Source: Deltaproteobacteria bacterium (lineage in GTDB: Bacteria > Myxococcota > Kuafuiibacteriia > Kuafuiibacteriales > Kuafuiibacteriaceae). Taken from it: 64,000 nt of DNA. Positions within the stretch are counted from its first letter, which is position 1. Each line of letters starts with the position of its first letter. Shown one piece after another: positions 53,339 through 62,952 of the stretch. The DNA is taken from the NCBI GenBank assembly GCA_040218735.1, contig JAVJQW010000017.1, positions 160,001-224,000 on the forward strand, written 5' to 3'. The position numbers and the translations under genes were made by a program. The notes beneath the pieces are model-generated. The model saw nothing but the letters and a program-made list of their open reading frames with translations, did no database searches and was not told the origin of the DNA.

Positions 53339-53934
53339 AGAAGAACGACCGCTCGGATCGCGCGCTCGGCATCCGCGCGAGCCGGTGTGTCGCCGCGAAG
53401 ACGTTGGACCTCGACGGGCCCCACGCGCGCTTCGCGCAGGACTACCAACCGACGCCCCCCGAGATCCTCGACGACCTGCTCGTGGATCTCGACGTCGCGT
53501 TCGACGCGTACACCTTCGTCGATCTCGGCGCGGGCAAGGGGCGGGTGTTGTGCCTCGCGACGCAGTGGCCGTTCTCGCGGGTCGTCGGGGTGGAGCTGTC
53601 ACGAACGCTCGTGGCGCAGGCGGAAGAGAACCTCGGGGGCTACGCCGCCGAGATCCGACACGGCGACGCCGCCGCGTTTGTCTTCCCGGCGTCGCCGCTC
53701 GTCGTCTTCATGTACAACCCGTTCGACGCACCGGTCGTTCGCGCCGTGCTCGACAACCTCGAGCGCTCGCTCGAGGAGCACCCGCGCGACGTGCGCATCC
53801 TCTACTTCGAGCCGGTGCACGACGCCGTCGTACGCGAGCGCTGGTGGATCGAACCCGAGCGCGCCGCGCCGCGGTGGGCGCGTTACACCGCGAGCTTCGG
53901 TCGTGCGAACGGGCGTGCAGCCTCCAGCGCGTAG
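53335..53934 (+). CDS. Class I SAM-dependent methyltransferase
   Basis: YQPTP, FVDLGAGKGR, GVELS, GDAA, FMYNPF; GTGA overlap with the upstream gene. Confidence 0.85.
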   Translation: MKKNDRSDRALGIRASRCVAAKTLDLDGPHARFAQDYQPTPPEILDDLLVDLDVAFDAYTFVDLGAGKGRVLCLATQWPFSRVVGVELSRTLVAQAEENLGGYAAEIRHGDAAAFVFPASPLVVFMYNPFDAPVVRAVLDNLERSLEEHPRDVRILYFEPVHDAVVRERWWIEPERAAPRWARYTASFGRANGRAASSA

Positions 53935-55268
53935 GCCAGACCGAACAACACGTCCTCGCGTCCGACGTGCGCTGCGAAGTGCATCCCGATCGGGAGGCCA
54001 TCGTCCGTCAGGCCCGACGGCACGGACATCGCGGGCACCCCGGCGATGCTGTGGATCGGCGTGTACCCGGCGAGGCGTTGCGTCTGGTGCACGAGCTCCT
54101 CGCGGGACTTGGTCGGCGCGAGGGTCCCGAGCGGCGGAGCCGGATCGGGGGTCGTCGGGCACAAGAGCACGTCGAAGGCCTCGATATACTCGAGATACTT
54201 CGCTGCCGCGGTCGCCGTGGCGGCGCGTGCCTTGTCGAGCGCGTCGGGAGGCTGCTGCCCGAACCACGCGAGGAGCTCCAGCGTGAACGGTTCGAGATCG
54301 TCAGCACCGAGCGTGCGGCCCACGAGGCCTTCGACCATCGCCTTGAAACCCGCGACGCTGGCCCCCGCCGCGACGAAGAAGGCGTCCCGGATGTCGGCGC
54401 CCTCGACGCGCGGAGCGTCGGCCTCCACGACCTCGTGGCCCAGCTCCGAGAGCAACGCGACCGTCGAGTGCAGCGACCGCGTCACGGCTTCGGACGCGGC
54501 TCCGCCGAGGAGCGTCGTCCCGTAGAAGCCGATGCGGAGCCGGCGGTCGGAGGGTTCGAGCACGAGCGGCATCCGTTCGATCGCGTCGCCTTGTGTCGCG
54601 TGGAGGAGCCGCGCGCTGTCGCGCACCGTTCGACTGACGCAGTGCTCGGTGAGCATCCCCAGCAGATCAGCCGCCTCCATCCCCGTGGGGAGCGTTCGAC
54701 CGCGCGTGGGTTTCATCCCGAACAGCCCACACGCTGCGGACGGGATGCGGATCGATCCACCCCCGTCGCTCGCGTGCGCGAACGGCACGTACCCGGCGGC
54801 GACCGCCGCCGCGGATCCTCCCGAGGAGCCCGTCGCGGAGCGCGCGAGGTTCCACGGGTTCTTGGTGGGCCCGTGCAGCAGCGTCTCCGTGCTGCCGAGC
54901 AACCCCAGCTCTGAGGTCGTCGTCTTGCCCAGTGTGACGAGGCCGGCCGCGTCGAACGCGGCGCTGTACGGCGACCCCTGGGGCGGCACGAAGCGCGCGA
55001 GCGCGCGGGAGCCGCAGGTGTTGGGCAGGCCGGGGTACGCGAGGAGGTCCTTCAGGAGGAACGGCACCCCCGCGAACGGGCCTTCGCTGACGTTCGCCGC
55101 GGCAGCGCGCGCGCGCTCGAAGTCGTGCGCCGCGAGCGCGCCGATCGTGGGTTCGAGCGCCTCGATGCGTTCGATCGCGGCGTCGACGAGCTCGACGGCG
55201 CTGACCTCGCGCTTGCGAACGAGGTCGGCCATGGCGGTGGCGTCCAGTGTTTGAAAGTCAGCTTGCAT
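53883..55268 (-). CDS. Amidase (amidase signature family)
   Basis: GVPFLLKDL, GKTTTSE, GSSGGSAAAVAAG, SDGGGSIRIP. Confidence 0.94.
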   Translation of the reverse strand: MQADFQTLDATAMADLVRKREVSAVELVDAAIERIEALEPTIGALAAHDFERARAAAANVSEGPFAGVPFLLKDLLAYPGLPNTCGSRALARFVPPQGSPYSAAFDAAGLVTLGKTTTSELGLLGSTETLLHGPTKNPWNLARSATGSSGGSAAAVAAGYVPFAHASDGGGSIRIPSAACGLFGMKPTRGRTLPTGMEAADLLGMLTEHCVSRTVRDSARLLHATQGDAIERMPLVLEPSDRRLRIGFYGTTLLGGAASEAVTRSLHSTVALLSELGHEVVEADAPRVEGADIRDAFFVAAGASVAGFKAMVEGLVGRTLGADDLEPFTLELLAWFGQQPPDALDKARAATATAAAKYLEYIEAFDVLLCPTTPDPAPPLGTLAPTKSREELVHQTQRLAGYTPIHSIAGVPAMSVPSGLTDDGLPIGMHFAAHVGREDVLFGLAYALEAARPFARPKLAV

Positions 55269-55884
55269 TTCTCACCCACTCCTTGAAGCCCGCGATCCCC
55301 GCGAGCTGGTAGCTCCAGAACGCCGCAAAAGCGCGGCGGATGTCGGCCTCGTCCTCGTGGTTCTCGAGGATCGAGACGATCGCGCGCAGCGACGTCGTGA
55401 AGATGTTGTCGAGCGTGAACCGGATGGTCTTGCTCACCACGATCCCGGGGACCTCGTGCCGCAGCTTCGCGACGGTGAGGGCGACGAGGCGCTCCACGAA
55501 CCGCGCGCCGAAGTCGGCGTAGGCCGAGCCCTCGGCGCGATCGAGCAGGACCACCACGCGGAGGCGGTGCTCGATCCAGAACGCGAGCATCGACTCGGCG
55601 TCGCCTTCGGCGCGTGCGTCGAGCTGGCCGAGATCCTCGAGCTCGACGAGCGAAGCGACACGACGATCCACGAGTCGCATCAGCTCGTCGGCGAAGGCCT
55701 CCGTGAAGACGCCGTAGAACAGCGCCTCCTTGTTCTCGAAGTACCGGTAGACGTTGCCGGTCGAGATCTGGGCTGCCTTGGCGATCGCCCCCATCGTCGC
55801 GCCCGCGTAGCCGCGCTCCGCGAAGACACGCTCCGCCGCCTCGACGATGCGCTGCTCGACCTCGGCTTTACGTCGCTGCACCAC
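55258..55884 (-). CDS. TetR-family transcriptional regulator
   Basis: IVEAAERVFAERGY.GATMGAIAKAAQISTGNVYRYFENKEALF. Confidence 0.93.
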   Translation of the reverse strand: MVQRRKAEVEQRIVEAAERVFAERGYAGATMGAIAKAAQISTGNVYRYFENKEALFYGVFTEAFADELMRLVDRRVASLVELEDLGQLDARAEGDAESMLAFWIEHRLRVVVLLDRAEGSAYADFGARFVERLVALTVAKLRHEVPGIVVSKTIRFTLDNIFTTSLRAIVSILENHEDEADIRRAFAAFWSYQLAGIAGFKEWVRNAS

Positions 55885-55913
55885 CCAAAAATGAACATGT
55901 CATTCATTTTTGG
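55885..55913. promoter_or_regulatory. TetR operator palindrome overlapping a sigma70-like promoter
   Basis: CCAAAAATGAA-N7-TTCATTTTTGG (perfect 11-bp arms) directly before the tetR start; minus-strand TTGACG-N17-CATGTT. Confidence 0.8.
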
Positions 55914-55927
55914 ATTCGTCAACGGGG

Positions 55928-56009
55928 TTGCGACTCCTGCAACTCGAGCGCCCCGCGCCCGGTCACTTGCAGCGGGCTGCAAGGAGCGCGGCCTGGCCCG
56001 CATCTTGGA
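55928..56009 (+). promoter_or_regulatory. Enhancer pair + sigma54-like promoter cassette (copy 2)
   Basis: TTGCGACTCCTGCAA (55928-55942), TTGC-N8-GCAA (55967-55982), TGGCCC-GCATC-TTGGA (GG 55995-6; -12 is GG, not GC). Confidence 0.72.
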
Positions 56010-56021
56010 ACGTTGGCCCCC

Positions 56022-57176
56022 ATGGGCACTCCAGACGTGCGCCGGGGCCGATCGACGCTCCCGATCCATCAGCCGACGGTCGCGCGACCGAACGTCACGC
56101 GCACCGGGCCTTCGGCGCCCGACGCGCCGGCGGTCGAGGGGCCCCGCGGACCGCGCTGGTCCCAGACCCCCGCGTGGGCGGAGCGAGCCGGCGCCGCGAA
56201 CGAGGGCGGCGGCGCAGAGCCGACCTACCAAGGCCCGCCCGCGGCGCGCCTCGGTGCGGGGAGCGAACGCCCCATCGCCGACGACCCGCAGCGTGCACGT
56301 CCCGCCGATCGCCCCGCCGACACCCCCGGCATCGGCGCGCGCACCACGCGCACGAAGGACACGAAGGACCCGCCCACGGCGCAACGTAACTTGCCGCCGA
56401 TCCGCTACGACTCCGCGGACGCCGGAGACTTCTACTGCGAGCACGTCTTCCACGTCGCGCAGCGCGAGGCGCTCGCGTCGTCGAGTTCCGTGATGCGCAA
56501 CGGCCAGGGTGAGCGGCTCGTCGGCTTCATCCACATCCCGCAGGACAGCCAGGCGACGCAGGCTCCGGACCCGACGCCCACGGACGCGGAGCAGGCGGCC
56601 CGACACGCCCAGACCCGGCAGGTGGTCGGCGCGGGCATCGCCGGCTACTTCGACGAAGCGCGCACGCAGACGGACGGCCCGGTGCGCATCATGCTGAGTG
56701 GGTTCGGGACGTTCGGCTCGTTCACCAACAACCCGTCGGGGGACTTCGTCTCGCACCGCGCGAACATCGACGCGGCGATGGAGGAGGCCTTCGGCGCGAA
56801 CCTCGTCGGACGACCGCCGGCGAACGCGGACATGAACCAACCGCTGACGTACCGCGTGCGCCAGCAGGACGGAACGGAGCGCGAGGTGCAGATCCGCGCG
56901 GTGAGGCTATCGGTGGACGATGCGGCGCTCGACCCAGCGCGCGCCGGATCGATCCCCCACACCATGCGGGACTTCGCACCGCACGCGGTGATCTCGATGG
57001 GTCTGCGGCCCGGGAGCCAGACGCACTACGACGTCGAGAACCACGCCGACGACGGCGGCCTCGCGACCGGGTCGAACGGCACGTCCACGCACCAACGCGG
57101 ACGTGCCTCTTCGACCGACTACGCCAACCGCAGCCTCGAGCGCGCGATCGAGAGCGCCCGGCAGACCGCGCCCTAA
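56022..57176 (+). CDS. Circularly permuted pyroglutamyl-peptidase I (C15)-like protein with disordered N-terminus
   Basis: DAGDFYCEHVF and GFIHIP precede IMLSGFGTFGSFTNNPS, PHAVISMG and YDVEN. Confidence 0.78.
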   Translation: MGTPDVRRGRSTLPIHQPTVARPNVTRTGPSAPDAPAVEGPRGPRWSQTPAWAERAGAANEGGGAEPTYQGPPAARLGAGSERPIADDPQRARPADRPADTPGIGARTTRTKDTKDPPTAQRNLPPIRYDSADAGDFYCEHVFHVAQREALASSSSVMRNGQGERLVGFIHIPQDSQATQAPDPTPTDAEQAARHAQTRQVVGAGIAGYFDEARTQTDGPVRIMLSGFGTFGSFTNNPSGDFVSHRANIDAAMEEAFGANLVGRPPANADMNQPLTYRVRQQDGTEREVQIRAVRLSVDDAALDPARAGSIPHTMRDFAPHAVISMGLRPGSQTHYDVENHADDGGLATGSNGTSTHQRGRASSTDYANRSLERAIESARQTAP

Positions 57177-60100
57177 GGCAGGTACGAGACGCGGCTGTAC
57201 GCGCCCTGCGACCACATCCGGTAGACGTCGCGGTTCACGTCGGTGTTCGGCGCGCCCACGCGCGTCGTCACCGGGAACGAGCCCGACACGTCCGAGACCC
57301 AGACCTCGTCCGCGCCGGCGGTCGTGAACGCACCTTCGAAGATCAGGCGCTGGCCATCCGCGGTCCAGAACCAGTCCCAGTTCCCCGCCCAGCTCGTGCT
57401 CATCGAAGCGTCGCTGGTCGTCGACACCGCGTTCGGGTGCACCTTGCGCTGCGGGCCCGGCGCCGAGCCGCTCACGTTCACGACGTACAGCTCGTACGTG
57501 CTCGACAGATCGAGCGTGCCGACGTAGGCGATGCGGTTCCCGTCCGGCGACCACTGGAACGACGTCACGTCGTTCGACGTGGTGAGCGCCGGCGTGTTGA
57601 CGCGGATCGATGCGTAGGGCGGGCCCTCTTCGAGGTCGACGAGGTACAGCTCCTCCGCACCGTCGAGGCTCAAGTCACCGATGTACGCGATGCGGGAGCC
57701 GTCGGGTGAGAACTCGTAGTCGAGCTTCGCGTCGGCGCCCATCTCGAGCGTGGACAACCCGTTCGTCGCGGACAGCTTGTACCGCGGCTGCGGGAGCGAG
57801 CCCGAGACGTCGACGATGTACAGCTCCTCGGCGAGGTTCACGTCGAGGTCACCGCGCATCGCGATGCGCTGGCTGTCGGGCGACCACTTCGCGCTCGTCA
57901 GCACGAGGTCACGCACGGGCGTCTCGATCGTCGCGCGCTGCCACGCGCCGGGGACGCTGCCGCTGATGTCGACGATGTAGAGCGCGTACGCGAAGTCGAC
58001 CTCCTGGTCTGCGATGTAGAAGAGCTTCGTGCCGTCGGGCGAGACACTCCAGTACTGCCAGTGGTCCGTCGTCGTGCTGATCTGCACGCCGCCGAGCGCC
58101 ACCATCGGACCGCTCACGACGATCGGCGTACCGAGCACACCACCGGTGGTGTCGACCCAGAACAGCTCGTTCTCGCTCGCGATGTTGAAGTCCGCGTTGA
58201 AGATCAGCGCGCGTGAGTCCGGCGTCCACTGGAAGTTCCCGTTGATGTCCGTCAGCGACGCCGGGTTCGAGAAGACCGGCGTGAGCGGGCCTGGCGCACC
58301 CCCGGCGGGGAGCGCGGAGAGGTCGACGAAGAAGAGCATGTCGTCCGACGACACCTCGTCGGCGATGAACGCGATCTTCGTGCCGTCCGGCGAGAAGTGG
58401 TAGTCGGGCAGGTACACCTCGGTCGCCGAGGAGACGTACGCCGAGCTCACGCGCACCGCCTGTCCAGGCGCCGCGGGGTTCGTGACGTCCACGACGAACA
58501 GCTCCTCCGCGAGGCTCGTGGTGACGTCGGCGCGGAACGCGAGCTTGGTGCCGTCGGGCGACCAGCGAAGGTCGACCGCGGACTGCGCGCCCGAGAAGCC
58601 GAGCCCGCCACTCACGACGATCGGCTCGCTGGGCGTGCCGCTGCGGAGGTCGACGACGTACACGTCGTCTTGGGCGTCGACGGTGAGGTCGCCGATGAAC
58701 GCGAGCGCGTTGCCGTTCGGCGAGAACGCGACCGAGAACGTGGCGTAGTCGACGTTGCCGCCGCTGACGGGGGCCGCCGGCATCGCGGGGATCGGCGTGG
58801 GCACGCCGGGCGTGCAGACCTCGCCGAGGACGATCATGTCGGACGCGCTGACGACGAAGTCACCGACCGCCGCGACCCAGCGTTGACCGCCAGGAAGATC
58901 GGCGACGTCGATCGTGAAGGTGCGCTCGTCGGTCAGGCCGAACGTGTCGGTGAGACGAATCGTGAAGTTGTACGAGGAGGCCGTCGCGCCCGTGGGCCCG
59001 CCCAGCGTCGCCGAACGCGACCCCGACCCCAGCACGATGCCGGGCGGCAAAGCGCCGTTCACGACCGACCACTGGTAGCCGCCGTTGCTGCCGCCGGTGC
59101 CCTGGATGATCGTGCGGTACGTGCTGCAGAACGGCGCGTCGGGCACCGTCATCGTGGTGATCGTCGGGAGCGTCGACGGGGGATCGACGGTGATCTGCAC
59201 GGGCACCGACGCCGTCGCGTTGTTCCAGTCGTAGACCGTGACCGTCGCGGTAAACGTGCCGAGCTGCAGCGCCGCACCGCTGATGACCGTCGACGGCGAA
59301 CCAGGCACCTGCAGCGTGAGGCCGTTCGGCAACGCCCCGCTGCTGACGACCCAGTTGTACTGACCGAACCCATCCTGAGCGGTGAGCATCGCCGAGTACG
59401 CTTCACCGCCCACGGCGTTCGGGAGGACGATCGTCTGACCGCCGCCCACGATCGTGATCGGGAAGACCTGCTCGGCCACGTTCAGGATCAGGGTCTGATC
59501 GTCGGAGCCACCGCGCGCGTCCGTTACCTCGATCTGAATCTCGAAGGTCCCGAACTCCGTCGGTGTGCCGACGATGCGCGTCGACGGACGGCCCCCGGGC
59601 TCGAGCGTGAGGCCCGCCGGGAGGCGGCCGTTGACGATCGCCCACGTGTAGTCACCCGCGCCGTTCAGCGCGGCGATCGTCGCCTCGTACGCCGCGCCGA
59701 CCATCGCCGGCGGCAACGAGATCGTCGTGATGCGCACGGCGGGCGGCGGCTCGGAGATCTCGAGGAAGAACGTCTTGCGAGCGCGCTGGCCCTCGGCGTC
59801 CTCCGCCTCCACCTGAACCGTGAACGTGCCGGACTCCGTCGGTGTGCCGGACAGACGCGCGGTCGTGTCGTCGACGCGCGTGAGCGCGAGGCCGGGCGGG
59901 ATCTGCCCGGCACCGCGACGGAAGACGGTCCCGCCGACGCCGCCCATCACTTCGATCGTCGCGTCGTAGGGCTGGCGCTGTTCGGCCGTGGGGAGCGAGG
60001 TCGTCACGAACACGAGCGGCAACGTGTCGTCGACGATCTCGATCGTGTAGCTCTGCCGCGCGCTGCCGCTGTCGTCGTCACGCACTTCGATCGTAAAGGT

Positions 60101-60670
60101 GTACGACCCCTCCGAGCCCGCCGGGAGATCGCCATACAGACGTGTGCTCGGCGTACCCGTCGCCTCGAGCATCAGGCCGGCCGGGAGCGTCCCCGACGCC
60201 ACGCGCCAACGGTAGCCGTCGTTCGATCCGCCCGTCGCTTCGATCGTCGCGTCGTAGGTCGTGCGCGTCGCGGCGTTCTGCAAATCCAGCGTACGGATCG
60301 CGAGCACCGGCGGCAGGTCGCCCACCACGATCGTGAAGGGCCGCGCGTCCTTGGTGCCGACGCTGTCCTCGACCTCCACCGTGAAGGTGAATGAGCCCAG
60401 CTCGGTGGGCGTACCGCTCAGTCGCGTCGCCGGGGTGCCGGACGTGCGGAGCGAGAGACCGTTGGGGAGCGCGCCGGACGTCACCGACCACTTGTAGTCG
60501 GTCTCCGTCCCGCCGCTCGCTTCGATGGAGGCCGCGTACGGGGTCCCGATCTCTGCATCGGGTACCGTCTCGGTCTCCAAGACGATCGCCACCGGCGGGG
60601 CCACGGGCTCGGTGCCCGAGCAAGCCGTCAGGAGGACGATAGGAACAGCCAGAAGGGGGAGTTGCTTCAT
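57173..60670 (-). CDS. Large surface lipoprotein: ~6 putative Ig (He_PIG) repeats + TolB/PD40-like beta-propeller
   Basis: LLTA-C lipobox; repeated Y.W.V.SG.LP.GL.L...SGTPT..G.FTFT; repeated [WF]SPDG.[KR]IA[FY]. Confidence 0.85.
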   Translation of the reverse strand: MKQLPLLAVPIVLLTACSGTEPVAPPVAIVLETETVPDAEIGTPYAASIEASGGTETDYKWSVTSGALPNGLSLRTSGTPATRLSGTPTELGSFTFTVEVEDSVGTKDARPFTIVVGDLPPVLAIRTLDLQNAATRTTYDATIEATGGSNDGYRWRVASGTLPAGLMLEATGTPSTRLYGDLPAGSEGSYTFTIEVRDDDSGSARQSYTIEIVDDTLPLVFVTTSLPTAEQRQPYDATIEVMGGVGGTVFRRGAGQIPPGLALTRVDDTTARLSGTPTESGTFTVQVEAEDAEGQRARKTFFLEISEPPPAVRITTISLPPAMVGAAYEATIAALNGAGDYTWAIVNGRLPAGLTLEPGGRPSTRIVGTPTEFGTFEIQIEVTDARGGSDDQTLILNVAEQVFPITIVGGGQTIVLPNAVGGEAYSAMLTAQDGFGQYNWVVSSGALPNGLTLQVPGSPSTVISGAALQLGTFTATVTVYDWNNATASVPVQITVDPPSTLPTITTMTVPDAPFCSTYRTIIQGTGGSNGGYQWSVVNGALPPGIVLGSGSRSATLGGPTGATASSYNFTIRLTDTFGLTDERTFTIDVADLPGGQRWVAAVGDFVVSASDMIVLGEVCTPGVPTPIPAMPAAPVSGGNVDYATFSVAFSPNGNALAFIGDLTVDAQDDVYVVDLRSGTPSEPIVVSGGLGFSGAQSAVDLRWSPDGTKLAFRADVTTSLAEELFVVDVTNPAAPGQAVRVSSAYVSSATEVYLPDYHFSPDGTKIAFIADEVSSDDMLFFVDLSALPAGGAPGPLTPVFSNPASLTDINGNFQWTPDSRALIFNADFNIASENELFWVDTTGGVLGTPIVVSGPMVALGGVQISTTTDHWQYWSVSPDGTKLFYIADQEVDFAYALYIVDISGSVPGAWQRATIETPVRDLVLTSAKWSPDSQRIAMRGDLDVNLAEELYIVDVSGSLPQPRYKLSATNGLSTLEMGADAKLDYEFSPDGSRIAYIGDLSLDGAEELYLVDLEEGPPYASIRVNTPALTTSNDVTSFQWSPDGNRIAYVGTLDLSSTYELYVVNVSGSAPGPQRKVHPNAVSTTSDASMSTSWAGNWDWFWTADGQRLIFEGAFTTAGADEVWVSDVSGSFPVTTRVGAPNTDVNRDVYRMWSQGAYSRVSYLP

Positions 60671-60780
60671 CGCGATCCGCGATAGGCGGCTAAATCGATC
60701 CAGAAGAAAAGATGTAGGTGTTCACTTTTCAACTTTTTCGTTGATGACTCGTCGAAGCGCGAGCCAGCGCGCACGCCCTT

Positions 60781-61467
60781 TCACCGTAGGCTGGCGAAGC
60801 ACTCTGACCGAATCCGCTCGGTCTGCGGCGACTTGGGAAACGCGCGCTCGAACGCGGTCATCCGGGATTCGGCGTCCGCCGTCTTACCCAACCGGCACAG
60901 CGCGATGATGGTCAGCGCCTCGCGCTCCTCCCGGAGCACCCCCCTCGTGAAGATTTTGCGGTGTTCGGCCAGCGGCGCGAGCGCGTCGGCCGGACGGTCG
61001 TCGGCCATCGCCCGCTGCGCCCGTCGCATCAGGACGAGCTCCTCCGCGAGGCCCCCCGTGGTCGCCTTCTCCTCGACCGACGGTTTGCGCCGACGCCGCT
61101 TCTTCTTCGGCGCCGGGCGCGCGCGCGGAACGTCGGGCGCCGCGACCGCGATCGTCGCGCCGGTGGTCGGGCGTGGGTCCGCCCTCTCGATCGGCGGAGC
61201 CTCGGCGATCGGCGTCGGTGCTTGGCGCGTCAACCCGATCACCGCGACGGTCCCGATCAACACCAGCGCGCCCAACCACCACACGACCTTGCTGCCCGCG
61301 AGCACCGCGGACGTGGCGGAGGGCGGTAGATCGATCGGCGGCGCGACGCCCGCTTCGATGCTCGCTTCGAGGCGCGCGCGCGTCAGGGACTTCGACGCCT
61401 CGGATGCGGCGACGTCCTCGCGCTCGGCTTCGATCAAGGCGCGGAGGGGATCGTGTTCGTGCGTCAT
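60781..61467 (-). CDS. Putative anti-sigma factor (single TM, C-terminal TPR-like)
   Basis: ATGA overlap with the ECF sigma gene; TM; LAEEL.L..A..A..EERE.L.I.ALC.LG..F...FP.SP pattern. Confidence 0.75.
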   Translation of the reverse strand: MTHEHDPLRALIEAEREDVAASEASKSLTRARLEASIEAGVAPPIDLPPSATSAVLAGSKVVWWLGALVLIGTVAVIGLTRQAPTPIAEAPPIERADPRPTTGATIAVAAPDVPRARPAPKKKRRRRKPSVEEKATTGGLAEELVLMRRAQRAMADDRPADALAPLAEHRKIFTRGVLREEREALTIIALCRLGKTADAESRMTAFERAFPKSPQTERIRSECFASLR

Positions 61468-61982
61468 GCCGACCTCCTCGCTTCCGCCTTGCGCTCACGC
61501 TCGACCGCGCGTTCGAGCTCGAGTCGCGCCGCGCGCAAGCGCGAGTACACCGTCGGCAACGCGAGATCGAACGCCTCCGCGATCTCGGGCGCCGTCATGC
61601 CCTCGAGCTCGGACAGGATGAACACCGTCCGCTTCTTGTCGTCGAGCGCACCGAGGAGCCGGTGCAGCGTTTGGGCGGCCTCGCTCCGCGCGTAAGCGTC
61701 AGTCGTCGCATCCGGCGTCGCCGCCGCGTATGCGTCCTCGCGCCGCTCCTTCCGCATCCGTGTCCGGCGATACCGCTGCGCGATCCGCAGCGTGATCGCA
61801 AACAGCCAGGTACGGATCGACGATCGCCCCTCGAACTCCTCCAGCCTGCGGTGCGCGACGAGGAAGACGTCGTGCACGGCGTCGTCGACCGAAGCGTCGT
61901 CCACGCCGAGGCGCAGCGCGCTTCGGAACACAAACCCGTGGTGCGCCTCGTACACCTCTTCGAATGTGGGCCGCCCCTCCAC
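61464..61982 (-). CDS. ECF RNA polymerase sigma factor
   Basis: AAGGAG RBS, GTG 61982; DDAVHDVFLVAHRRL..FEGRSS.RTWLF; EIAEA..TVYSRLRAAR. Confidence 0.92.
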   Translation of the reverse strand: MEGRPTFEEVYEAHHGFVFRSALRLGVDDASVDDAVHDVFLVAHRRLEEFEGRSSIRTWLFAITLRIAQRYRRTRMRKERREDAYAAATPDATTDAYARSEAAQTLHRLLGALDDKKRTVFILSELEGMTAPEIAEAFDLALPTVYSRLRAARLELERAVERERKAEARRSA

Positions 61983-62086
61983 TCGCTCCTTCGTCCCCGC
62001 CCGCGCGCCAATCCATCGACGAATCTGCGCCGCGCCCACATTTTGCGACGGTTTGGGGGGCGCGCGGCAACTCACCCAACCCGTCG

Positions 62087-62872
62087 ATGACTCGCTGGAT
62101 CACCTTGCTGCTCGTCCTGGCGGGCTGCGCGGCGCCTACGGAGGCGCTCGAGTGCACGTCCGACCTGGACTGCCCCGCCGAAGAGCGTTGTTCGACCGGG
62201 GTCTGCGGTCCACCGACCGACGGCCCGGTCGACGCCGGCCCCCAAGTCGCCTCGGACGCCGGTAGCCACGCCGTAGCGGACGCGGGCGTCGTCCCGGACG
62301 CAGGGCCCCAGGCACGCCCCGACGCTGGAGTCCGGGTCCCGTCGGGGCCTCCACCCTTCCGGCCTCCGCCCGCGTCCCCTCTGTGTATGGGGACCACGAC
62401 CTCGACCTGCGCCTGCGCGGACGGCCGCGACGGCGAGCGGCGCTGCCGCAGCGACGACTCCCTCGGCGCGTGTGTCTGCGGCGACACGGAGGAGGACCGC
62501 ATCGCCCGGGTCCGCGGCGGCATCGTCGGCTTGTGGGCGGGGACGCGCTTCACCGTGTGGGACGGCGAACAGCTCGTCTGGGTCGCGTTCCGCGCCGACG
62601 GGACGCAGGGATCCGAGTGCGTCGGCGCGTGCCTCACGTTCTTCTGGCCCGAAGACGGCACCCCGACCCCGAACCGCACCTACCGCATCTACGACGTCAC
62701 CGCGGACGACACGGGACGCGGCGACCTGAGCTTCGCCTACGCGTCGTTCACCCGCGCCCTCGCGCTGGAACGCATCACGATCAGCGCGGACGAAGACCGC
62801 ATGACCTTCGAAGCGCGGCACGACGAGATCGCCCACCCGCTCCTGTTCGACCTCGTCCGCTACGCACCGTGA
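62087..62872 (+). CDS. Cys-rich lipoprotein with DAG-repeat linker
   Basis: VLAG-C lipobox; CTSDLDCPAEERCSTGVC; DAG repeats; CAC.DG..G..C. Confidence 0.8.
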   Translation: MTRWITLLLVLAGCAAPTEALECTSDLDCPAEERCSTGVCGPPTDGPVDAGPQVASDAGSHAVADAGVVPDAGPQARPDAGVRVPSGPPPFRPPPASPLCMGTTTSTCACADGRDGERRCRSDDSLGACVCGDTEEDRIARVRGGIVGLWAGTRFTVWDGEQLVWVAFRADGTQGSECVGACLTFFWPEDGTPTPNRTYRIYDVTADDTGRGDLSFAYASFTRALALERITISADEDRMTFEARHDEIAHPLLFDLVRYAP

Positions 62873-62952
62873 CTAGGCTGAGGCCGGTCGCGCGAGCGAC
62901 GGGTCCGAAGACTGTGCCAAGCCGTCCCGCGCAGCGGGCCGGCGTTATGGCC

